DNA of 64,000 nucleotides. Origin: Klebsormidium nitens. Its lineage: Eukaryota; Plantae; Klebsormidiophyceae. The stretch covers positions 62,001 to 126,000 of the forward strand of contig DF237065.1 of NCBI GenBank assembly GCA_000708835.1. The letters are read 5' to 3'. The notes under the pieces were generated by a model. The model ran no database searches. It was given only the letters and a program-made list of their open reading frames with translations, and had not been told where the DNA came from. The position numbers were made by a program, and so were the translations under genes. Positions 24,796 to 35,800 of this stretch are shown piece after piece. Within the stretch, counting starts at the first letter, position 1. Each line of letters starts with the position of its first letter.

Positions 24796-25599
24796 CTGTA
24801 CATTATCGAATTATTGCAAACCTGAGGGGGAAACCAGGCCGTAATTGAATGATTGCAATTGTGCTAGCCAATGTAAGAATCGATCTTTTGCGTGTACGTC
24901 ATGATCGACACATGCCAAATAAAACTTACGTATGACCGCCCTTGCCGAAATATTGGCCGTCTGCGCGCACATGCGTAATTGTAACGCGTCGTAAACTATC
25001 TGCGCCCAGTGCACACATGTGGCAAATTCAAAACCTCATCCATTGTCTCAGCTTGCCGGTCGAACCCCCGCGTGCGGCCGCAGCCCACCAACGTTCGAGG
25101 CGGCCTTAGTTGCCCGGCGCCATGCAGCGCAGCTGGTCCAGAAGCAGCCTTCAACTTGTTAATTCGGTACAACGCGGCGCGCCTAGCTAGCCGAAGCGTG
25201 TCACGGTGCCGCCCATGCATGATGGTAACTTCCAATTTATTATAACGCCCTTAGCCGCCATGGCCGTGGAGCACGGTCTTCGGCGCGGCCGGCCGGGAAT
25301 TTGTTCTCTTTGCTCTGCAGCTTGCTACGCGGCTGCAAGTCATGTCCATAATCCTACAACCTACATCATGCAACAAGGAAACTAGCGGCGAGTATGCTAG
25401 CTACAGACTCGTGTAGCCATGTGATCTTTGCGGTTCCAATAACCTTGCTAGCATGCAACCGACTACGGAGAACTTTGGAACTTACACAACGGAAGGCCTG
25501 TATGACTGCTTTCGACAACTTGTTCATAAATGGTTTTTGTGGGCCTGCCAGGCTATGCTAGAGCAACTCCTCGGAGCACTTTTAATATGCTCTAAATTA

Positions 25600-25983
25600 G
25601 GCCCCGGAACATGGAATATCGGAATACGGAATACCCATTTTTGGAAGCGGAAGAATCCGGAATACCCAAATTTGGGCCTTGGAATACTAGAATACAGAAT
25701 ACAGGGCTTTTCCGAGCATACCTAAGAGTACATGTGGCAAACAACGGCATAATACTTGACTTCGAAGTAAAAAGACTTCCAAAAGCATGCTTCGAAGGGA
25801 AGAAGATTGTAAAAGAACTCACACGACAAGCGCACTCCTTACGTACTAACCTTTCAAAATGTCAAAAGTCACATTTGCGAAACAGAATACAGAATACTTG
25901 AGCACCCTGGAATACGGAATACTGCCTTTTCCAAACCTTGGAATACAGAATACTGGGGGTCAAGTATTCCATGTTCCGGGGCC
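25600..25983. mobile_element. MITE (~384 bp), probably Harbinger/Tourist-like
   Basis: Perfect 19-bp TIR GGCCCCGGAACATGGAATA / TATTCCATGTTCCGGGGCC and internal (G/A)GAATAC heptamer arrays. TSD not cleanly preserved (TTA left, AGC right). Confidence 0.8.
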
Positions 25984-26362
25984 AGCTAAATGCCCCACAA
26001 ATTGTTGCAGTAGTGAGGGCCCTCCGTTGCGGTCTCCGCAGGCTTATGGGTGGTTGGCCCAATGTCAGTGCATGCCTGCAGGTATAAGTTGCAATGCTTG
26101 TTGAACATGGGCCCGGTTAAAAACTTCCCGCATGGAGAAGAAGAAGGTCGGTACCATGAGGTGAAAAGAAACAGGTTGTGCTCACGTTGTGCTCTCGTTG
26201 TGCTGAACCAAATCATCATTCGAGGCATGCACTGGTGCACCGTTTGAGGCCGCGCCTGGCATGAGGCCGGGCGGGCGGCCAGGGCCGGGGCGGCCAGGGC
26301 CCAACCCAGCTAGAACCGGATTGCAACGTGGCCGTTCCGGCGTGTCACGGTCGTCCCCTGCA

Positions 26363-26536
26363 TACTTCTCTAGAATATGTTTAGTAAGCTCAAGGTTTAG
26401 TAAGAACGAGCTAACACTAAAAACCTAAACCCAAATAATCACTCGCTCCGCACCCGCACCCACCCTAACCACCATACTAACCCTACCCGTCCCAGGCGTA
26501 AACATTGAGCTTACTAAACATATTCTAGAGAACGAT
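26363..26536. mobile_element. 174-bp foldback element with 28-bp perfect inverted arms and a 10-bp flanking direct repeat (Mutator-like MITE candidate)
   Basis: Arms 26366-26393 and 26505-26532 are exact reverse complements. GTCCCCTGCA flanks both sides (26353-62, 26537-46). Confidence 0.75.
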
Positions 26537-26895
26537 GTCCCCTGCACCGTCGATTCGTACTGGCCTTGGCCGGTTTGAATTTTGAATGGAAGAGCAGCTG
26601 CAACTTGCAAATTTCAAGGTCCAACTGGTCCCGCCCAGTCACTGTCACAGCCAGAGTGGGTACGGTAGGACTCTAGGAGTCTAGGACTACGGTAGGAGGA
26701 TGAAATCTGAAGCAATTCCTGAATTCTGAGCTTCCAAAGGCACGCCGCACGAACTTCGCTGGAGAGGTCAAACGGAGCTGGAACCTTGTAACCACCTGGT
26801 ACTGCAATCAGGAACCCAGGAAAGTGCCTTGAAGTTGATCAGGGGATTGGGACAGGCAATGTAGCTGTTGATCAACCTGAGAGTGCTGCGCTGCC

Positions 26896-29800
26896 ATGAA
26901 ACCTTTGTCACCCATACCGGAGCTCGATGAGATGGAAGCTGCAGAAGAAGCATCTGTGCTTCCTGCGTCAAAGAAGCAGAAGGCGGATGGTGGGTGCACA
27001 GCAAGCGGGGTGTGGAAAGGTTCCACACTGTCTCTGTCCAGTACTGGTCGACCTTCTTTGGGTGGTCGTCATCCGGCCCCAGGCCTCAGTCTGAGAAGCG
27101 CCAGTCTTGCAGGCGAATCATCCAGAAGCTGCACAGGAGTTAAGCCTTCACTTCCTGCCAGCAGCAGAAGGGTGCCGGTTGGCAAGGAGAATCAGAGCTC
27201 TGAGCAGAACCTACAAGGTGTGAGGAACAGCTATTGCCGCTGGAGAGGCCTAGTCCCCTTGTCCAATCCAACCAGGCGGCTGGCCCTGCTGCTAGCAGAC
27301 GGCGTTCAGGAAGACAGCAAGCGCAGCGGACAGCGGGGCTGCTCAAGCAGTCAGAAGGGACTCGCAGAGCAGCCAGTGAGGCCACTCGAACCTCACAACT
27401 CAATAGGGGGCCTTCTATGACGGAGAAGGAAGCTCTGAACCCACAGCCTGTCAAAGCATCCACCGCTGCTGTGAGTGGTCCCCCTCTGACAGAGCGCAGC
27501 GGTCCGCTGGCAGAGGCAGACCCGACAGGAGACTCACTGCTTGAGACAGCTGACGGGACAGGGGCTGCTCAAAGCAATTGGGAGAGAGAGCCGCTCGAAG
27601 AAGGAGAGCGGCCTGAGGAGTACAAGGAAGAGCAGCTCTGCCTGTGGGACCGCTTCGGTGGACAAGACATCCGCATCTTCGTTCCGCGCAGTCTCTATTG
27701 TCAAGGTAAGGGCACAGTCATTGGCTCATGCATTTTACCATAGTGCTTCTTGAGTGGGCAACAGCGTTGGCGATCTCTCTGCTGACTAACCCAAAATGCA
27801 GACAAGAGGACACAAGGAGGATTTTCATTGTGTGTCTCATTCATGACAGCTCTGACTGACTCTGTCTCACAGCATGTTCAATGACTCCTGACTCCTTGAC
27901 TGAAGATACGTCAACTGTTCTTTTCGGGTTCCCCTTCCCAGTAACTGGGATGGTGTAGATTCTTGCGGGCATGTCTCTTGGGTGAAACCAGCCTATCATA
28001 CCTGATGTCTCCATGTCATGTCGTGCAGAGACTGAACCCACCGAAGAGGTGCTCACTCAACGCGTCTCAAAAGCCCGCCCTGTCCTACCTGATCTGAGCA
28101 AGGCGATTGGGGCACGTTCGGTGCAACGGAGCACAAAGTATACGCTTGGCCAGGTTAGCCCCACCCTCATCTGCAGCGACAGGATCAACGGGTACACTTG
28201 ATTCTAGGCACTGTCTGTAGTGCACTTTCCGCGTTGCTTGTCAGCAGGCGCTGCGAGGAGAATTGCTGAAGTTCCACCAGTCACAAAGCTGCGCGCTCCT
28301 GTCCTGCAGATAAATGTCGGGGACAAGAAGGTGGACTTGACATCGTTGAAGCAAGGAGACGAGTTCCTCGGAACATTTGGCAAACCTCAGCATGCGACAG
28401 CTGCGAGTCAGCTTAGAGCTCATCTGAAGGATGTCCCGAGAAAGCTGAGAGAGTGAGTATGTGGGCGATCCTCAGGCAACCTTTATTTGCAAATAGGTAT
28501 GGCACCATGCTACATATGCAGGTGGATCCTTTGCACGTGTCTTTCAAGGGTCCTGGATGCTCTTCACAGGGAGAAGAAGTGTTCTTGAGGTGTCTGCCTG
28601 AGTGTGCAGAAGGAGCTGCGCATAGATGGCCTTTGCAGGGAGCTGTTCACGTTGCTGTAAAGCCTTGGAAGCAATTCTGATGATGAGCACCTTTGTCCAG
28701 GCTTTGACGCCAAGCATGGCTGAGTCTTATCTGCAAAGTGGCTGGCCTACCAACCTCTTCCTCATTCTCATCACAAACGGTTCACCAGATCCAATCTGAA
28801 TAAGAAAACACAACATCTTTTCCTTCTTGCAGGGGGCTGCTACCCTCAGAAGGGCCAGAAGAGGAGCCGGACCCAACGGTCGTCATCAAAATGAGCAAGG
28901 ACTGCATAAAGCTCAGAGAGAGGATCCAGACGTTCGGCATCACCGAACCAGACACCCCCGTGGACTTCAAGAGGCAGATCGAAGACAAGACTCAGTACAT
29001 TGAGGCAAAAAGCACCAGGTTCTGCGCGGTGGGGAAGCCAGGAAGCCGCAAGAGCCTTACCTGTAACAGGTACGAGTCTTCAATGAGATAACAGTGCACA
29101 TCTGTCACCCTTTTCAGGTTTTCTTTATTCTATTTGCAGGATAGCAAGGGCAGCATATACAAGGAGGAGTTGACTTGGACATGTTTGGACCAGATTTAAA
29201 ACGACCACCTCGTTTTGCGCCTCTTTTTACAATTGCAAGGTGTCTAGCTGTCAATGGAATCGGATGAATTTTTCCTCCGTGCTATAAAAGTAGGCACATA
29301 TGCTTCGAATAACGAAACCAAGCTGTCAATCCCTGGCAGATGCGACATCCCAAAGGTGCTTTCGCATTCTGGCAACATTGACGGCAGAGATTGTGTTGTT
29401 ACAGTCACTAGGTGCGGTCTTCGTTTCTAACTGTTCCCTTACTTATCTTTCAAAGGCATGCTTTGCATATCTGAGAAGCTGGCCCTCAATAGCACCGCTC
29501 CTGAAGTCTTTATTTCCTACAGGCTTGCTGGCTTTCCTGGTGAGAGGGGTCCTTTCTTCTATTGCCCCGAAACCCGAGACCACGGTACAAAAATCACAAC
29601 CTCGATCCTCAAGACAGCTGAGCCTGGGCTACACGTCCGTACACTTCTGCGTCGGAAGAGCGTGTACGAGCAGCTTGTGGAAAGGAGGTTCAAGGCTGGG
29701 AGTATCTCGCCAGAAGAGCTGCGAGATAACTATCACTGCAAGGTCATGGAAGGGCCTGAGGGCAAGGTAAGGTGGCAACTAAGACGATATACGAAGTGGT

Positions 29801-32800
29801 TGACAGGAAGAGATATGAGTGCAGGCTCAAAGGCCGTTTGAGACACATAACGTGACTAAATCCAGTAGTCTCTTTAAATAACCCAAAAGGCTTTATATTG
29901 GTAGTCGAGGTCCTGATGCATTTACTTGAGGCAACTCGTCTAGGCCATTCACTGAAGCAGATCGGGATTGGCTGCAGCCGTGTCTCTTGCGAGGATGCAG
30001 CACTTGGAAATGCTTCAGCCGTTTCTAATACAGGACTGACCCACTCTCCCCTCTCTTAACTTGAGTTTAAGTGCTGGCTTAAACTTTGGCTGCGTTTTCA
30101 CAGGTGCGATGGTCCTCCCCGGACCAGCCAATGGCGGTTCGTCCAATCGAGGAAGTGATTCCTGGCGTGAACCTGCTCGTCGATCCTGTGGAAGGGGCAC
30201 ATATGTACTCGAGCGGCCTCAGCAACTACACTCCAGCTGAGCAGCTCATGATTGCAGAGGTCGAAATGTCTTCCAACGCGTGGCCAGGCTTGGATGAGGG
30301 TCAGAAGCTAGTGGACGTAAGTCATCTCAAATTCGAAACGAGACCGCTATGGCTCTGTCATTATCCTACTCCTCATTCATCAAGTTTCCAGGTCATTCTG
30401 CGCAAGCGAGGGACCTATCTGGTGAAAACGGGCGATTGCCAATCCCTTCTCAGCAACCACTTTGTATGGGTTTGCAACTCCGCTCTCAGTCCTCAGCAAG
30501 CAGTTTGCAGGAATAGTGTTTTGGAGTTGAAAAGTTTACAAAGATGCATCCTTCTCAACGAATGCATGTCAGCGTTTGATCCCCGGAATCGGGCTCAATT
30601 GCTCAGTTGCTGATTCTGCTGTGCAATGCTCCCTGGTCCAATGTCACCATTACAAAGCTCTTTCTTTGGTTGCAGTGCGTTGGCTTCCTCGAGGCGCAAG
30701 AGGGGCAGTCAGACTTCAGGAGTGTGACGGACGACATCGTTCGTGAGGACGTCAAGGGCGCTAACGTCATCATACCCTGTACCAGTGACCGTGTGCGCAC
30801 AGAGGAAGACGGCAACCTTCTCGCTAAGCTGGGCCTCTTCGATGGCACACCGGACACCTTCCCCATCTTAGTCTGTCCCGACTTGCCGAGCGTCCTTTCG
30901 TCACTGGAGGTGAGGGCTGTCCTGTTCGTGACCCATTTGGTCGGACACAAAGTGCGCAAGATGTGCACCGGATTCTTCCCCTCAACCGCTTGTGCGAGGT
31001 TCGTGAGTTTTTGGGTTCGTGAAACAGATGTTCCAAAGAATCCTTGGTACTATCATAGGCAAGCTTCATAGAAAACAACACTTTTCCTAATGTGAATTCT
31101 TTGCTTAGAATGCGGTCACTGATTCCGAAGGGTGAGTTGACCTCTATTTTGTGTTCTTCCAGAAAGTGCACGATGACAACGTGAACGCGTTAGCGGGCGC
31201 CTTCAAGAAACCGGAGCAGCTTGTGGCCCGAAATGTTCCAAACGTCCAGCATCTCATCCAATTGCAAGAGCCCATCATCCAGCATATCAGCGAGAATCTC
31301 TTTGTCATGCAGCCAGTCACGGCCCTTAACAGCCACGTAAGTCTTGCTGCCATCAAGGTTCAAGGAAGATTAACAGAGTCTCTAGGCTCCCCTGATCGTC
31401 CAATAACCTCTTATCATAAGCAAGAAGCCTGTTGGACGTCTAGCGTCCTTACATTACCTCGGAGGCTACTACGTAAAGGAGCATTCATGACCAGAGTCGT
31501 TCGAATATAGGGCCTTACTGCAGCTCCTATTAGTAGCTTTCTGAGATGTTGCTTTGCTGACGATGGCCTGCTTCGTCTCGGCAGAGGAGTTTTGATCTCA
31601 TAAGAGCTGTGGCCTGCTGCTCCGAAGAAAGTTGATCTTTTGGATACAAGTTGAGATGCTTCTCGTGCAGGAACTGAAGGAGGACATCGCCAAGATGGTC
31701 AATAAGGCCCAGGTGGCTGTGCTCGTGCAGAGCATCTCCATCTGGATAACCTGGACTCTGATGAAGCTCAGAGCTTTCAAAGCGCGCTCGGTGAGGAAGT
31801 CCGTTCATCCGAGCGCTCGGGAATCCTTACTCTGTTGAAATTTTTGAAGGCTGTGCTGCTTCTTGCCCTGTTTATGCAGCTCTTGACAAACATGGGTTGC
31901 GGAGAAATTGGATCAAGAACGCGTCATGTCTGCATTGAGGCATCCGCCGAACAAGCACCAGCCTTTGCGTGCAGGCCGCCCCCGTCGCTCCTCGAGCTGA
32001 AGGAGCTACGTACGAGCTCAAGTGCGAGAAGAAGATTCGAGACGGGATGGGCGCATTCACAACCCAATTTGCGTGACTTTCCTCAATTCTGATTGGTGTT
32101 AGTTGCGCTCTTCATCCATGTCATTCGCTGCTTGTTATCTGCTAGCACCAGCATTTCAATGATGTTGTGACTTGCCTCCTGATTCAAAAGCAATAAAGAG
32201 CACAACTGTTTTGCGCTTCCACCCTCCGCCGTCCATTCGAGTCTCTCCCCTTCCAGGGAGACGATCGTTGGCCTTGAAGTGACTGCAAGCGAGCTCCTGG
32301 AGGAAGCAAGCAGGACTTACTTCGGAAACGTCTGGATTCAGTTGGAGGCTGAGGGAATTGAGGACATGCAGCAAGCGTTCGAGCACTTGCTGGAGAGGGG
32401 TGCTGTGTCCTCCGATAGCAATATCTACCAGTTCCTTTTCCAGGTAAGTAATCGTGAATTCGTCAAGTGTCTGGAGTTTTTTTTGTCAGATTAGATTTGT
32501 AGACCATCTTCGTTTGAGCTCGCATCTGTCAAGGGGCTTCGATGAAGCACTACCTGCCTTTCTACATGTGTCTTTCAAATGTCGCTAAGCTTCATCAAAG
32601 CCTCTGGACTCTGTTTCTCAATTCTGCGCAGCCTTCTCGATTTCGTATCTAGAGCTAGGAAATCGCCGTTCAGACTTAACGAGCTTTTGCTGCACAGGTC
32701 TTCGACAACGTCATTGCGAGGGGTCGCAAAGATCTGGTCGAGCACCAGAGTGCAATCCTAAAGGCTCTGATTGAGCTCAGGGACGGAAAGAAGAAGGTAC

Positions 32801-35800
32801 GTAGTATGGCGAAGGACATGCTCACCTGGGTACTCGATTGGCCTGGACGGGAGGAGTTGAGCAACGCTACTTGGATTGATCTCATCTCGTTGTGTACGGC
32901 CTTGAGGGATGACGATTGGCAAGTCATAAGAGCAAGGGCATTTCCAATCCTTATGACACAGTAATGGTACAGTGTCTCTTTATCCGCAGGACCTAGGAAG
33001 TGAGGCAGACGCCTCCCTCTTGCAAGCAGAAACGGCAGGCAAGCTAGCAGTCGAGAGAGCTGCACAGGGCCTGAAAAATGGCCCGAGCGCCATGGAGGAC
33101 GCAATCCAGTGGACGGACTCCAATCGTGAGTGCGCCCAGTCAGGGAGGGGGTGCGACATTCGCGAGTACATCAACAAAGTTTGCAAGGATGCAGTGAGGG
33201 AAGCTCTGACGAAACCAAGTAAGTCTTTCCGTTCTTATTGGTTCGTGAAAAGCAGAAAAGGCAATCGGTTCTCTTGTTTCCTGCACTTGGACACCTCTTC
33301 TTTGTCGGGTTATAGGGTCTTCCCTTAATAAGTCGGAGTATGCCTTAGAGCTTGGTAACCCTACTCTTCGTTCCAGCTTCGTGACGGCTGTCCTTACGAC
33401 CTAGTGCTCATCCAAGCACTTGTAAAGGCTCTATGTAAGCATGGACAGAAACAAAGCAGCATTCAAGCAGATCTCGCGCGTAATATTCTCTTCCACTCTT
33501 AACCGATCTTCTGGTTATCTTCCAGTCCAGGATGAGGCCGAAGACCACTTCGTCTCTATTCTGAAGAGGTGTCTCTTGGAGTCGTCCGGGCGCACGCGCT
33601 TGGGGCTAGTCAAGCCCCTCGTCTTGAGAATCCTGGAGTGGGCTGAGACTACCTACACCGACTTCCTGATAGAACACTGCAAGAGAAGCCTCGAGATGCT
33701 GAAACCAGATTTGGATGCAAAGCGACCCGTCGGAGGAGGACAGTTGCAGGGCGTCGTGAGCGATCTTGCTGCGGTGGCAAAGGAGGTGAAGGAGCAAGCT
33801 ATCAAGGTCTCGAACATGTAAGAGCTCTCTCTTTGCGCGTGTGGCTGATTAGCTGAGTTCTCCGTTTGGCCGTCCTTTAGCTGCAGTCGCTTCTTCCCTC
33901 TTCACCGTTGAGCTTACACCCTGCTGTCTGTCAAGCTGCCAGATTCACCAACAGTCGACTTTGGTTGCGAATCACTCTTTTAACAAGAAGCGGGTTGAGC
34001 AAACGGTTACCATTGTTGTTCTTCTTTCACTCATAAGGAGACCTAAAGTGCTTACTTTGGCCATAGCGCAACCTGTGCGGAAACCAGCCTTTCGACTGTG
34101 CGGTTCGATTTGTCAAACTCCATTAGGCTTTGCTTTCTCTTGCTTCCAATGTCCAGAGGAACTACTTAACAAGCTTGTTCTAGAAAAGTTCGATGCACGA
34201 GTGTTCAGATTCAGTCTTCATGCAGAAAAGTAGCAACTGTTGTTCCCAGGGCGACACACAAGAAGGCGTACGAGGAGCAGGCACTCCCCAAGCCACTCAT
34301 AAGGAAGCCACAGACGAGGGACATTGCTCAGGGCAGGTACGGTTCACCTTAGGCAGCAAAAGTAGAAACAGACCTTGGGAGGACCTACTCTTGTCCTCCA
34401 AAGCTTGCCAAGACCATTTTTGAAGCTTTCCTCATGCTTTTCATTGCTGAGAGACTTGGACGTTTCTATCCGGATGTGTGCGCATATATCCAAAAGCTTC
34501 GCGAAACACTTCGTGCTTTTGGTCCCAGACTTAGGTATGTGCACATGCTGGTGACTTCTCGAGTGCAGCGGCCATTGACAAAATGGCCCTAGGAACCAGA
34601 TTTTCTGCACTCTGATGTTCCCAACCGCTAGTCACTCTAGGCGTCCATTGCTGAGCTCAATGTCGATTTCTGATCTGAGTGCACTCATCTGCAGTGTCAA
34701 ACTCCTCCCGGAGGTCGACTTCCAGCAGATCGAGGTCGTCAAAGTTCCTGGCCTGGAGATCGCCCTCTCGGATCTGGTGCCGGAGCCAGCAGCGATGGGA
34801 AAGCAGGTTGTGACCGGGAGGATGGAGGTCGGTGAAGATCTGCTTCCGATCGTTGACGCATACAACCGCGCCACCACCAACGCAGTGAAGGAGCGCGGTG
34901 CTGCCGGGCCTAAGACCACTGACCCTCCACGTGTCGTCTTCTACCCGTCGGAGGTGAGTAGAAGCTAGCTCTTGAGCTTCGGAACACACGAAACGAAACA
35001 AAGAGAGCATACGATGGCTCACCGTTCCGTGCATCCTTCGATTTTAGTGTTCACTTCTTCCAAGACAACCGTTGCTGACTTGCTGTTGATTTGTGCCTGA
35101 AGTTGTGTTCTTTCCGCTTCTGTAGCTTCAACCGGGGCAGAGGGACAGCAGCGTCCGGTTTGACTTCCGTCCGAGCCATCCACAGGGCATCGGTCGCACC
35201 ATGTGGAGCCCCATTTCTTATGTCGTATGTCGGGAGAGCGAGGTGAGATGGTCGGTGACACCATACACGTGCTGGCATTAGGGATCTGGGCAGCAAAAGT
35301 GCATGAGCACTTCGACAAACCAGCAACTCTTGAACTTGTGTGCTGCACTTACCCGTGCTCTGCCTGCAAAGTTTAGCTCGTTGTCTCCGTTCATGTCAGT
35401 TCTCTGTTTTTCAAAAATTCAAGGTTTGTCATTCGAATTCCTTGCTTCATGAAAAGCTCAGCGTAGCTTCTGACAAATGCCTCACTTGACGGTCCCTTCT
35501 GCTTCAGGCTGAGAACCACCGCCGTCTCCTAAACGGAGTCGAGGGCACTACCCTTGTCACCGTCCCCAACGACAGCAAGAGGCACGTGTACTACTCGGCT
35601 GCTCAAATCGTGTACTGGCTCCTGCACAAGCCAGACTTGGAGGAGGGCTACGGCAGCTATTTCCTCATGCCGAACAACGTCGAGGAGATTATCGAGGTCT
35701 CCCCGAAGTCGTTTGCGACACAAGGGTCCAGTCTCCAGCGGTGGAGCACCTTCGCGCAGCAGGCAAGCTTGTAACTCTATCGTTCTCTTGGAGCAGACGA

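Noticed and set aside
28690-28800. Candidate extra exon ALTPSMAESYLQSGWPTNLFLILITNG in the multidomain gene
   Set aside because: Phase-incompatible with exons 28310-28452 and 28833-29069, which join directly, and it runs into a stop.
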